Source: Candidatus Eiseniibacteriota bacterium (GTDB taxonomy: Bacteria > Eisenbacteria > RBG-16-71-46). From it: a DNA stretch of 64,000 nucleotides. The position numbers and the translations under genes are program-made. Each line of letters opens with the position of its first letter. Position 1 is the stretch's first letter. The stretch spans positions 40,203 through 104,202 of the forward strand of contig CAVQXP010000003.1 of the NCBI GenBank assembly GCA_963717935.1, in the 5' to 3' direction. The notes under the pieces were generated by a model. It searched no databases and was not told where the DNA came from. It saw only the letters and a program-made list of their open reading frames with translations. Positions 39,462 to 48,271 of this stretch are shown in pieces.

Positions 39462-40076
39462 CTACTTCTGAGCCGGCTGCTTCAGGTTCGCCTCGATGTG
39501 CAGGCTGATGGCCACGTCCTCACCGATCATCAGGCCACCCTGGTCGAGCGTCTTGTTCCAGTTGATGCCGAAGTCCTTGCGGTTGAGGGTCGTGGTGGCG
39601 TCGAAGCCGGCCTTGGTGCCCCAGCTCTGTCCGCCCACGCCGACCTCTCCCATGCCGAGGAATTCGACCTCCAGCACGACGGGCTTCGTGACGCCGTGCA
39701 TCGTGAGGTCGCCCGTGACCTCGTACTTGTCCTTCCCCGCGGGCGCGACGCTCGTGCTCTTGAAGGTCAGCGTCGGGAACGAGTCGGCAGCGAAGAAATC
39801 CGTACTCCTCAGGTGCGCGTCGCGCGTCTCGTTGCCGGTGAAGATGCTCGCCGCCGGGATCGTGACCTCGACCGAGGAGGCCGCAGGGGCGCTCGGGTCC
39901 ATCACGATGGTGCCGCTGAAGTCCTTGAACTGCCCCGGGACCTTCGAGAAGAGGTGCCGGATGGAGAAGCCCACCTGCGAGTGGGGCTTGTCGATGTCGA
40001 AGGTCAGGGGCGCGGCCGAAGCCGCGGTGGCGAGGCTCACCAGAGCGAGCGCCAGGGCGACGGGGATGGGTCTCAC
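39462..40076 (-). CDS. YceI-family periplasmic polyisoprenoid-binding protein
   Basis: Signal peptide, then ..FDIDKPHSQVGFSIRHLFSKVPGQF..FFAADSFPT..GDLTMHGVTKPV.. GTG at 40076 follows AAAGGAG. Confidence 0.85.
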   Translation of the reverse strand: MRPIPVALALALVSLATAASAAPLTFDIDKPHSQVGFSIRHLFSKVPGQFKDFSGTIVMDPSAPAASSVEVTIPAASIFTGNETRDAHLRSTDFFAADSFPTLTFKSTSVAPAGKDKYEVTGDLTMHGVTKPVVLEVEFLGMGEVGVGGQSWGTKAGFDATTTLNRKDFGINWNKTLDQGGLMIGEDVAISLHIEANLKQPAQK

Positions 40077-40370
40077 GGGTGGAGCTCCTTTCGTCGGGAG
40101 TGCGGCCGACGCCGGACGGCGGCAGAGGTGGGATTGGCGGGGCGCCGGCCCTGTTGGGTCGGCAGGTCGTTTGGCCGCGGACCGGCGCCTTCGCTGTCTG
40201 CTGCCCACTATGATGAGGGCCGGGGCCGGGCGATTCGGCCCACGAGGGGAGCGACGGTCGGGGGGGGCGCTCTTGACCGGGGCCTGACCCGCGAAGGCTC
40301 CTGCCGGGACGGCGCACGGGGAGCGCGCGGGTTGTGGCGGCCGGGGCGGAGCCGCTAGCATCTTCCCCCC

Positions 40371-41384
40371 ATGACCGACTTCGAGAAGGCCCCGCCCGAG
40401 ATCCGCGAACTCCTCGGCAAGCGCATCAGCCAGCTCGGCCTTCGCCTCGAGGGCTCGCCGGTCGAGCGTTTCGTGCACCAGCTCTACCGCGAACTCGAGC
40501 GCAAGGGTCTCAAGCACTTCCGCCCGGTCTGCTACCTCACCGACGAATGGGGCTGTCCCGACGGACAGCCCGTGATCGGCATCCCGTTCTATCTCGCCGA
40601 TCCCGGGCTCGCGCGCCTCGAGCGCCAGATGAACGACCTCGAGGACGAGCGCGAGATCATGATGTACCTGCGTCACGAGGCCGGGCACGCCTTCAACTAC
40701 GCCTACCGGCTCTTCATCACGCCCGAGTGGCGCCGGCTCTTCGGTCCGTTCAATCGCCGCTATCGCGACGACTACCGGCCGGTCCCGTTCAGCCGCAAGT
40801 TCGTGCGTCACATCGCGGGCTGGTACGGGCAGAAGCACCCCGACGAGGACTTCGCCGAGACGTTCGCGGTCTGGCTCACGCCCCGCTCGCAGTGGCGGGT
40901 CCGCTATAAATCATGGCCCGCGATACGCAAGTTGAGGTATGTTGACCGCATGGTGCGCCGGGTGCGTGCCCAGGAGCCGGTGGTTTCGACCGGGGACTTC
41001 GCCGTCCCGGTCGAGAACCTCAAGGTGACGGTCGAGCAGTTCTACCGCCGGCTCATGCGTGAGAGCGGGGCGGGGGTGAAGGTGGCGCTGGAGGCGGATC
41101 TCAGCGACCTGTTCATTCCCCAGGGCCGCCGACGCAAGGGCATCCGCCCGGCGTGGGAGCTCGTCGAGGAGCATCGCAAGGTGCTGACCGACAAGATCAC
41201 GTACTGGACCGGCGTGCGACGCCCGGTCGTGCGTGCCCTGGTCGAGCACATCGTGCGCGCTTCCCGCGATCTCCGGTTGTTCGCAGACACCGCCCGCGAG
41301 GCGGATTACCTCGTGGAGTTGACCGCGTACGGCACCACGCTCGCCATGAACTACCTCACGCGCCGCCGCTTCGAGCAGAAGTAG
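40371..41384 (+). CDS. Putative zinc-dependent metallopeptidase (HExxH)
   Basis: ..YLRHEAGHAFNYAY.. is an HExxH motif, followed by ..HPDEDFAETFAVWL.. No signal peptide. Confidence 0.7.
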   Translation: MTDFEKAPPEIRELLGKRISQLGLRLEGSPVERFVHQLYRELERKGLKHFRPVCYLTDEWGCPDGQPVIGIPFYLADPGLARLERQMNDLEDEREIMMYLRHEAGHAFNYAYRLFITPEWRRLFGPFNRRYRDDYRPVPFSRKFVRHIAGWYGQKHPDEDFAETFAVWLTPRSQWRVRYKSWPAIRKLRYVDRMVRRVRAQEPVVSTGDFAVPVENLKVTVEQFYRRLMRESGAGVKVALEADLSDLFIPQGRRRKGIRPAWELVEEHRKVLTDKITYWTGVRRPVVRALVEHIVRASRDLRLFADTAREADYLVELTAYGTTLAMNYLTRRRFEQK

Positions 41385-41435
41385 GCCGGCGCAGGGCCCC
41401 GAGGGACGGGGTCCGCATGCGAAGGCGGGAACGCG

Positions 41436-42458
41436 ATGGCCAAGCTGCGGATCGGCGTGCTGTACGACTACTGGTGGGGCGAGGAGGAGGAGCGCGCCGA
41501 AGGGACCCGCCCCAAGCGCAAGACTCCCGACGAGGACGTGCAGGCCGTCTACGAGGCCCTCAAGGAGGCCGGGCACAGCCCGGTCTTCCTGCGCCTCGAC
41601 GGCACGCGCGAGAGCCTGGTCGAGCTGGCCCACTCCGAGACCGACCTGATCTTCAACCTGGTCGAGTCCTTCGGCGGCGACGACACCCAGGACAGCGACG
41701 TCGCGGGCTTCCTCGAGATGCTGCACCGCCGTTTCACCGGCACCGGCTCGCAGGGGCTCCACCTGGCACAGGACAAGGCGCTGGCGAAGAAGATCTTCGC
41801 CTTCCACGGCATCCACACGCCCTACTTCGCCACCGTGTTCCGCGGCCGCACCGAGCACGCGCAGGACATCCAGTTCCCGGTGATCGTGAAGCCCGCGGCC
41901 GAGGACGGCTCGATCGGCATCCACTTCGGTGCGGTGTGCATCTCGATCAAGGAGCTGATGGAGCGCATCGACTACATCCACGCCGAGTTCAATTCGCCGG
42001 CGCTCATCGAGGAGTACATCGAGGGCCGCGAGCTCTACGTCGGGGTGCTGGGGAACGAGAAGCCCGAGGCGCTGCCGGCGGTGGAGCTGGACCTCTCGAA
42101 GCTGCCGCAGGGGATGCCGAAGATCGCCGGCACCGAGGTCAAGTGGGAGGAGGGCACCGAGGCCTACGAGAAGACCAAGGCCTTCCTGCCCGCCGATCTC
42201 GACGAGGACCTGCAGAAGAAGCTGAGCGACACGGCGGTGCAGGCCTTCCAGGCGCTCAAGCTGTGCGACTACGGGCGCATCGACTTCCGGCTGGCCGCCG
42301 ACGGCGCGCTGCACGTGCTGGAGGTGAACCCCAATCCCTACCTGCACGCCGACGCCGAGTTCGCCATGGCGGCGAAGAAGGCCGGGCGCTCCTACGCCGA
42401 GCTGGTCGGCGAGATCGTGGACCTGGCGCTGGCGCGCTACCCGAACGGCGGCGTGTAG
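41436..42458 (+). CDS. ATP-grasp enzyme of the D-alanine--D-alanine ligase-like family
   Basis: ..FPVIVKPAAEDGSIGI.. ..IEEYIEGRELYVGVLGN.. ..GRIDFRL..DG.LHVLEVNPNP.. are ATP-grasp blocks. Confidence 0.85.
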   Translation: MAKLRIGVLYDYWWGEEEERAEGTRPKRKTPDEDVQAVYEALKEAGHSPVFLRLDGTRESLVELAHSETDLIFNLVESFGGDDTQDSDVAGFLEMLHRRFTGTGSQGLHLAQDKALAKKIFAFHGIHTPYFATVFRGRTEHAQDIQFPVIVKPAAEDGSIGIHFGAVCISIKELMERIDYIHAEFNSPALIEEYIEGRELYVGVLGNEKPEALPAVELDLSKLPQGMPKIAGTEVKWEEGTEAYEKTKAFLPADLDEDLQKKLSDTAVQAFQALKLCDYGRIDFRLAADGALHVLEVNPNPYLHADAEFAMAAKKAGRSYAELVGEIVDLALARYPNGGV

Positions 42459-42476
42459 CGGCACCGGGCGGGTGAC

Positions 42477-42518
42477 GACCGGGCCCCCGCGGGCGGCTGC
42501 GCCGGCGGGGGCCCGGTC
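42477..42518 (+). terminator. Perfect 14-bp GC hairpin 19 nt after the ATP-grasp stop
   Basis: GACCGGGCCCCCGC (42477-42490) pairs with GCGGGGGCCCGGTC (42505-42518). There is no T-tract, as is usual in very high-GC DNA. Confidence 0.6.
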
Positions 42519-42838
42519 CGTCCGGCGGGCGCTGGCGAGCGGGGGGCGTGGCCTCGAAGAGACCTTGTCCCGATCAGGATGCTTCCGTTTCGGGGACGCC
42601 CGACGAGATTTCTCTTGACAGGATTTCGCGTGCGCACGCCGCCGCCCCGGCGGACCGGCTGCAGCAGCCCGCCACGACGCGCCAGGTGCGCGTTGGCGGC
42701 ATCCGTTCTTCCACGACGAGACTGAAACTCGCGCTGCTCCTCGTTGTGCGCGCAGCGGGGCTCTCAGAGCGCCGGAAACGGGCGTGGTATCCATAGGAAG
42801 TTCCGCCCCCGTGACCCGCCCCCGCGGAGTCACCCGCC

Positions 42839-44171
42839 GTGAACCACTATTCGCTGACGCACGTTCCCGATCCGGTCCTGCTGCGCGATCTCCGGTCGCT
42901 GCTCGCCAGGGAGCGCGCTACCACAGCCGAGCTCCTGGCCCATCTGGCCGAGGTCGACGCCCGGCGGCTGTACGCGGCGGCGGGGCACCCCTCGATGTTC
43001 GCCTGGTGCGTCGAGGAACTGCACCTGTCCGAGGACGCCGCGTTCAAGCGCATCCGGGCGGCCCGGGCGGCCCGGCAGTTCCCGGCCGTGTTCACCGCTG
43101 CTGGCCGACGGGCGGCTGCACCTGAGCGCCGTGGTGATGTTGGCGGCCTACCTGACCCCGGAGAACGCGGAGGAGCTCCTCGCAGCCGCCTCGCACCAGA
43201 GCAAGGCGGGGATCGAGCACCTCCTGGCCGAGCGGTTCCCGCGGCCGGACGTGCCCGACCGAATCGTGGGTCTCGGCCCTTCGCCGACCGTCGAGCTATC
43301 CGCCCCGGGACGGATCGGGTCCACGGACGAACAACTGTCCCCGGGGACAGTTGAAGCGAGCGGAGCGCGGCTGGCCCCGGGGCCGGTCGCGCCACCCGTA
43401 AGGCCAGGCATGGCACCGCTTGCGCCGGGACGCTACGGGCTTCAGTTCACCGTCGCGCAGGGCACGTACGAGAAGCTGCGCTACGCCCAGGCCCTGCTTG
43501 GACATTCGGTCCCCTCCGGCGAGCTGGCCCAGGTGCTCGACCGCGCGCTGGATGCCCTGATCGCCCGGCTCGAGCGGCGGAAGGTGGCGGCGACCGGCCG
43601 CCCTCGGGGATGTCGACCCCGGGCGAGTGCCGACGTCCGCCACGTACCCGCCGAGGTCCGGCGCCAGGTCTGGGCAAGAGACGGCGGCCAGTGCACGTTC
43701 GTGAGCGCGGCCGGACACCGCTGCCCGGCCCGCACCCGGCTCGAGTTCGACCATGTCGAGCCGGTGGCCCGGGGCGGCCGGTCGACGGTGAAGGGAGTGA
43801 GGCTGCGGTGCCGGACCCACAATCAGTACGCGGCCGAGTGCGCGTTCGGGGCCGGCTTCATGAGCCGGAAGCGCGAGGCGGCACGGCGCGCGGCGGAAGA
43901 GACGCGTGCGCGCGCGACCAGGGAAGCCGAGGAGGCGCGTGCGCGTGCGGTGGCGGAAGCCGAGGAAGCGCGTGCGCGTGCGGTGGCGGTGGCGGAGGTC
44001 GTGCCCTGGTTGCACGCGCTCGGACTGCGCATGGACGAGGCGCGCCGTGCGGCCGCACGATGCGAGATAGCCTTGGATGCTCCGCTCGAGGAGCGGGTGC
44101 GACACGCGTTGCGGTGCTCTGGCAGGCCCTCGCGGCGGTGCGTCGCGCACACCCCGCAACCGGTGCCGTGA
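42839..44171 (+). pseudogene. HNH endonuclease (DUF222-like N-terminal region), apparent +1 frameshift near 43095-43105
   Basis: Track ORFs 42839.. and 43131.. join as ..AARQFPAVFTA | LLADGRLHLSAVVMLAAYL.. The HNH core is ..RRQVWARDGGQCTF....RCPARTRLEFDHV.P.ARGG......RLRCRTHN.. Confidence 0.7.
43923..43988 (+). repeat. 33-bp in-frame tandem duplication (2 copies) inside the HNH gene
   Basis: GAAGCCGAGGA(G/A)GCGCGTGCGCGTGCGGTGGCG occurs twice and encodes EAEEARARAVA twice. Confidence 0.85.
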
Positions 44172-44189
44172 CCGACTCCGGCGGAGGAC

Positions 44190-45467
44190 CTACCCGTCCG
44201 TCTCCGCCGCCAGTGGCACCGCCGTCTCGCCGCGCGACACGACCACCGCCGCGGCCAGGTCGCCCGTGACGTTGAGCGTGGTGCGGCACATGTCGAGGAA
44301 GCGGTCCACGCCGATGATCATGCCGATGCCCTCGGCGGGCACGTGCACCAGCCCGAGGATCATCACCACGACCGGGATCGAGCCGGCCGGCACGCCGGCG
44401 GTGCCGATGCCGCCCAGGATGCAGATCAGCACCACCATGATCTGCTGGGCGAAGCCGAGGTGGATCCCGTAGAACTGGGCGAGGAACAGCACCGTCACGC
44501 CCTCGAAGAGCGCGGTGCCGTTCTGGTTCGCGGTGGAGCCGATGGTGAGCACGAAGCGACTCACGTGCGGCGGCAGGTGCAGTTCCTCCTCGGCCGCCAG
44601 CAGTGCGGTCGGGAGCGTGGCGTTGCTCGAGGCGGTCGAGAACGCGGTCAGCATGGGCGCGCGCACGCCGCGGAAGAAGCGCCACGGACTCATGCGGCCG
44701 AGCCAGGCGACCGAGAGCGAGTAGACGCCGAACTGGTGGATGACGAGCCCCAGCAGCACGACCAGCACGTAGGCGCCAAGTTGGTACAGCACGTCGATCC
44801 CGAGCCGGGCCGTCAGCGTGAAGAGCAGGCAGGCGACGCCGATCGGGGCGGCCTGGATGACGAGGCCGAGCAGCTTCATCGTGACTTCGTAGAGCCCCTG
44901 GAGTGCGCGCTCGAACGCGCGCGCCGCCTCCGTCTTCGTGAGCGTGAGCCCCACGCCCAGGAAGAGCGCGAAGACCATCACGGCGAGCATGTCGCCCTCG
45001 CCCATGGCCTTCACGATGTTCGCGGGCACGAGGCCGACGAAGAAGTCCATGCCGCCGCCGCCGGCGAGCGAGGTCGCGGGCGCCGGCACGGAGGTGGCCT
45101 GCGCGGCGAGCCGCGCCTTGAGCGCGGGGGAGAGGCCCTCGCCGGGGCGCAGCGCGTTCACGAGCCCGATGCCGATGAGCACCGCGATCGCCGAGACCGA
45201 CACGGTGTAGACCAGGGTCTTGAGCCCGATGCGCCCGAGGCTCTTCATATCGCCCAGGCCCGCCACGCCCAGCGCCAGCGCCGAGAGGATGAGCGGGATG
45301 ACCAGCATGAAGAGCAGGCGCAGGAAGATGCGGCCGGCGGGCTCGGTGACGTACTGGACGAAGCCGGCGAGCCGCGGCGAGTCGCCGGCGAGCAGGTTGG
45401 CGGCGACGCCGAGCACGATGCCGAAGAGAAGGCCCGCAAGCATGCGGACCGGAAGGCCGCGGCGCAT
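44190..45467 (-). CDS. Dicarboxylate/amino acid:cation symporter (DAACS, GltP/DctA family)
   Basis: ..FLRLLFMLVIPLI.. ..SSNATLP.. ..GTALFEG.. ..GIGTAGVPAGS.. ..DRFLDMCRTTLNVTGD.. are DAACS blocks. Confidence 0.9.
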   Translation of the reverse strand: MRRGLPVRMLAGLLFGIVLGVAANLLAGDSPRLAGFVQYVTEPAGRIFLRLLFMLVIPLILSALALGVAGLGDMKSLGRIGLKTLVYTVSVSAIAVLIGIGLVNALRPGEGLSPALKARLAAQATSVPAPATSLAGGGGMDFFVGLVPANIVKAMGEGDMLAVMVFALFLGVGLTLTKTEAARAFERALQGLYEVTMKLLGLVIQAAPIGVACLLFTLTARLGIDVLYQLGAYVLVVLLGLVIHQFGVYSLSVAWLGRMSPWRFFRGVRAPMLTAFSTASSNATLPTALLAAEEELHLPPHVSRFVLTIGSTANQNGTALFEGVTVLFLAQFYGIHLGFAQQIMVVLICILGGIGTAGVPAGSIPVVVMILGLVHVPAEGIGMIIGVDRFLDMCRTTLNVTGDLAAAVVVSRGETAVPLAAETDG

Positions 45468-45570
45468 GGGGCGGCAGTATGGGAGAGGGGGTGGGGCGGC
45501 GCAAACGGCGAGGCGGCGCGTGTGGGCCGCGGCAAAGCGGGGATCGAGACGCCCGCTCGGGGCGCGCGAC

Positions 45571-45608
45571 GGCCCGTCAGTTCAATCGGTAGAGCACCTG
45601 CCTTTTAA
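45571..45608 (+). pseudogene. 5' half of a tRNA-Lys(TTT)-like gene, ending right after the anticodon loop
   Basis: GGCCCGT-CA-GTTCAATCGGTAGAGC-A-CCTGC-CTTTTAA aligns position for position with bacterial tRNA-Lys(UUU) through nt 38. The following CTCGACC.. cannot pair with the anticodon stem, and no T-arm or acceptor 3' strand follows. Confidence 0.6.
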
Positions 45609-45899
45609 CTCGACCACGCTAACCGCCGCCCGAGCCGAGAATTCGTTGGAACGCAAGCGCCCCCGTGGGTTACCCGCGCGGGGGCGTTCCCGCTCTGAGG
45701 CCCCGAGAGGCCCGGAATTGACCCCAGAGGACATCGAGAGTCACCCGAATCGTCACCCGCGAAGGCTCCCTGCCTGCAGGCCAGGTTGCCCGAGAGGCAT
45801 CGCGTGCCCGCATGGGACAGAGAAGTACCTCACTTGCCGGGTTTCGGTTGGTGCTAGATTCGGATTCGCTCTGACCAGAAGCCCACCCGGAGGCCGCCC

Positions 45900-46379
45900 A
45901 TGAAGCGCTACCTTCCCGCCGCCCTACTGCTGCTCCTGGTTCCATGTTGTTCCCCGTCCGACGACCGCGCAGTCCTCAAGGAGACGTACTACTTCGCAAG
46001 GACCCTTGGATCGGACACGACCTCCTTCGCTGATTTCGAGAAGGAGATGAAGAGTGACACGGCGGCTTGGGCGGGGGCCCGCAGAACCTGGAAGGGCACA
46101 AGGGTTGCCCTTAGTGCCACTCTCGGTGAACTGGGCTACGGCACCGGCCCATTCCGGTGGCAATACGGCACCAGGGAGAAGGCCGCCCTCTCACAGTTCC
46201 AGCGAGACCTGGGCATTCAAGCAACCGGCCAACTGGACAGCCTCACGGTGGCGAATCTCGCCAGGGCCGGGAACGCCTTGAGAATCAATGACGTCGTACT
46301 GCCCGACCTACTGGTGAATCAAATCGACTACATGATCTTCGCCCGTAAGCTTCCCCTCCAGGTAGACAGCCGCTGCTAG
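45900..46379 (+). pseudogene. Lipoprotein with peptidoglycan-binding (PG_binding_1-like) domain, 3' end replaced by the IS3 terminus
   Basis: Signal plus ..LVPCCS, then ..LGYGTGPFRWQYGTREKAALSQFQRDLGIQATGQLD.. The last 12 codons lie inside the IS inverted repeat, which starts at 46343. Confidence 0.6.
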
Positions 46380-46405
46380 ACTCTCCCGGGTCACGGGGAG
46401 GGCGC

Positions 46406-46672
46406 ATGAAGAAGGCGCGGTTCACGGAGTCGCAGATCGTGGCAATTCTGAAGGAGGGCGAGGCCGGCCTGACGGTGGCCGAGATCGCCCGCAAGCACGG
46501 GATCAGCAAGAACACGTACTTCAACTGGAAGTCACGCTACGGCGGAGCGACGGTGTCGGATCTGAGGCGGCTGAAAGAGCTCGAGGCCGAGAACGCCAAG
46601 CTGAAGCGGATGTACAGCGAGCTGGCGCTCGAGAACGCGGCGATCAAGGACCTGCTTCACCGAAAACCGTAA
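46406..46672 (+). CDS. IS3-family transposase OrfA (HTH)
   Basis: MKKARFTESQIVAILKEGEAGLTVAEIARKHGISKNTYFNWKSRYGG...LKELEAENAKLKRM.. is a typical IS3/IS407-group OrfA. Confidence 0.9.
   Translation: MKKARFTESQIVAILKEGEAGLTVAEIARKHGISKNTYFNWKSRYGGATVSDLRRLKELEAENAKLKRMYSELALENAAIKDLLHRKP
46661..46668 (+). promoter_or_regulatory. Probable -1 programmed frameshift site of the IS3 transposase (CGAAAACC)
   Basis: There is an A-run at the end of orfA, and the -1 frame is open from here (..PKTVTPSAKREAA-MFLV..) into orfB. The exact slip site is inferred. Confidence 0.4.
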
Positions 46673-46698
46673 CGCCGTCCGCGAAGCGAGAGGCCGCG

Positions 46699-47526
46699 AT
46701 GTTCCTGGTGGCAGAGCACAAGCTCTCGGTGCTGCGAGCTTGCGCCATCGTGCGGTTCTCGAGGGCGGCGTACTACCGGACGCCACGCGCTCCGCTCGAA
46801 GCCGATGCCGAGGTGATCACGGCACTCCAAGCCATGGTCGAGAAGCATCCGCGTCACGGCTTCTGGAAGTGCTACCGGCGCATGCGGCGTCAGGGGCATG
46901 CATGGAACCACAAGCGTGTGCACCGCGTGTACTGCGCGCTCAAGCTGAACCTGCCACGCCGCACGAAACGGCGGCTGCCGACCCGGCTGCGCCAGCCGCT
47001 GGATGCGCCGGCGACGCTGAACACGGTGTGGGCGCTCGACTTCATGTCGGATGCGCTGTACGGCGGTCGGAAGTTCCGCACGCTGAACATCATCGACGAG
47101 GGCAACCGCGAGGGGTTGGTGATCGACGTCGCGTTCTCGATCCCGAGCATGCGAGTCATCCGTGTGCTCGACCAACTGGTCGCGACCTACGGCCGGCCGG
47201 GAGCACTTCGAATGGATAACGGCCCGGAACTGATCTCGGAGGCGCTGGCCGAATGGTGCGGGCAGCGCGGCATCACGATGCACCACATCCAGCCGGGCAA
47301 GCCGGACCAGAACGCCTACATCGAGCGGTTCAACCGCAGCTACCGCGAAGACGTGCTCGATGCCTACCTGTTCGGATCGATCGAAGAGGTCCAGTCGATC
47401 AGCGATGACTGGCTGGAGGACTACAACACCGAGCGGCCCCACGACAGCCTCGGCCAGGTGCCGCCACGGACGTTCTTGCCGAGGCGAAATCCACCCCGGG
47501 AGTCCAGCTTCGAACTGTCTACTTGA
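46699..47526 (+). CDS. IS3-family transposase OrfB (DDE/rve integrase core)
   Basis: ..WALDFMSD..  ..RMDNGPELIS.. ..IQPGKPDQNAYIERFNRSYR.E.L......S..E......W...YN.ERPH.SLG.. are rve-domain blocks. Confidence 0.9.
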   Translation: MFLVAEHKLSVLRACAIVRFSRAAYYRTPRAPLEADAEVITALQAMVEKHPRHGFWKCYRRMRRQGHAWNHKRVHRVYCALKLNLPRRTKRRLPTRLRQPLDAPATLNTVWALDFMSDALYGGRKFRTLNIIDEGNREGLVIDVAFSIPSMRVIRVLDQLVATYGRPGALRMDNGPELISEALAEWCGQRGITMHHIQPGKPDQNAYIERFNRSYREDVLDAYLFGSIEEVQSISDDWLEDYNTERPHDSLGQVPPRTFLPRRNPPRESSFELST

Positions 47527-47535
47527 CGGGGAAGC

Positions 47536-47727
47536 TTACGGCTCCACGTAGTCAGGCGGATTCCTAGCCCACACGTGACTCAGGGGCAGCGTGGCTGCGA
47601 GGTGAACCCCGGAGACCTCTCGCCTGGCGCGAACGAGCTCAAGGCAGCAGTGCTTAAGCTTTGCATCGTAGCCGCACCTGCAGGGGTCGTTTCGCCCGAT
47701 TGGTCTTCCGTCTGTGGGCCAGCGCAT
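47536..47727 (-). CDS. Short ORF with SEC-C-like metal-binding motif, runs into the IS3 right end
   Basis: ..NDPCRCGYDAKLKHCC.. resembles the SecA C-terminal CxCxxxxxxKxCC motif. The ORF is only 63 aa and ends inside the IS terminus. Confidence 0.3.
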   Translation of the reverse strand: MRWPTDGRPIGRNDPCRCGYDAKLKHCCLELVRARREVSGVHLAATLPLSHVWARNPPDYVEP

Positions 47728-47760
47728 GGGACGGAGGATGTCATATCGCGCTAGGCTGGT

Positions 47761-48127
47761 TCAAAATGGGGCCCTTTCCGTACGCCAATGGCCGTGCAGT
47801 GCGACTGCCGCGCCAGAAGGAGTTGCAGAGGCGTCGACGGCCACCCTTTTGGGACGGATGACGGTCCCGGTCTTGTGGCCCGTCGCCCCCCGCACCCAAC
47901 CCCGGATCGCTGTCTGGTCGCGTTCGCGTGCCTGGCGCTCAGGTTTCTGGGGCGTGGACCCAAGACCTCGCAGGAGTCGGCCGACATGCGCGGGGTGATG
48001 GCGCACCTTGAACCGGCGGCGGGCGACCTCCGCGACCCGTGGGCAGGTCCACAGTTCGGTGGACCGAGCGGCGATTGATCCCGAGTTTGCGCGCCACTTC
48101 GACCGGCGCGAATCCCTCACGCAGCAA
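47761..48127 (-). pseudogene. IS630-family transposase remnant (N-terminal HTH parts only, frame-broken, DDE domain absent)
   Basis: ..GFAPVEVARKLGINRRSVHR.. is in one frame and ..TELWTCPRVAEVARRRFKVRHHPAHVGRLLRGLGSTPQKPERQARERDQTAIRGW.. is in another. No catalytic domain follows. Confidence 0.6.
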
Positions 48128-48271
48128 CTTCCACGCTCGCAGCCGAAGCTGTTCCAGAGGCTCCGGGCTTTCGTGCGGACCAGGCGGTCGCTCGGCGCAT
48201 TCGAGGCCTCCGCTACCTCGCGGACTTCGCCTTGAGTTGGCCGATGGAGATGGACTGCGCAGGATCCCGGT

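Larger units (their letters stand above)
46343..47541 (+). mobile_element. IS3-family insertion sequence (about 1.2 kb) with orfA/orfB
   Basis: Terminal inverted repeats CCGTAAGCTTCCCCTCCAGGTAGACAG (46343-46369) and the reverse complement of 47515-47541, CCGTAAGCTTCCCCGTCAAGTAGACAG, match at 24 of 27 positions. orfA and orfB lie in the 0/-1 arrangement. No direct target duplication is seen. Confidence 0.85.

Noticed and set aside
45571-45900. tRNA-Lys interrupted by a group I intron in the anticodon loop
   Set aside because: I could not find a matching 3' anticodon-stem strand (GCAGG), T-arm (GGTTCGA-like) or acceptor 3' strand (ACGGGCC) anywhere in the following several hundred nt. The break also coincides with a composition change. 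A truncated gene is the better reading.
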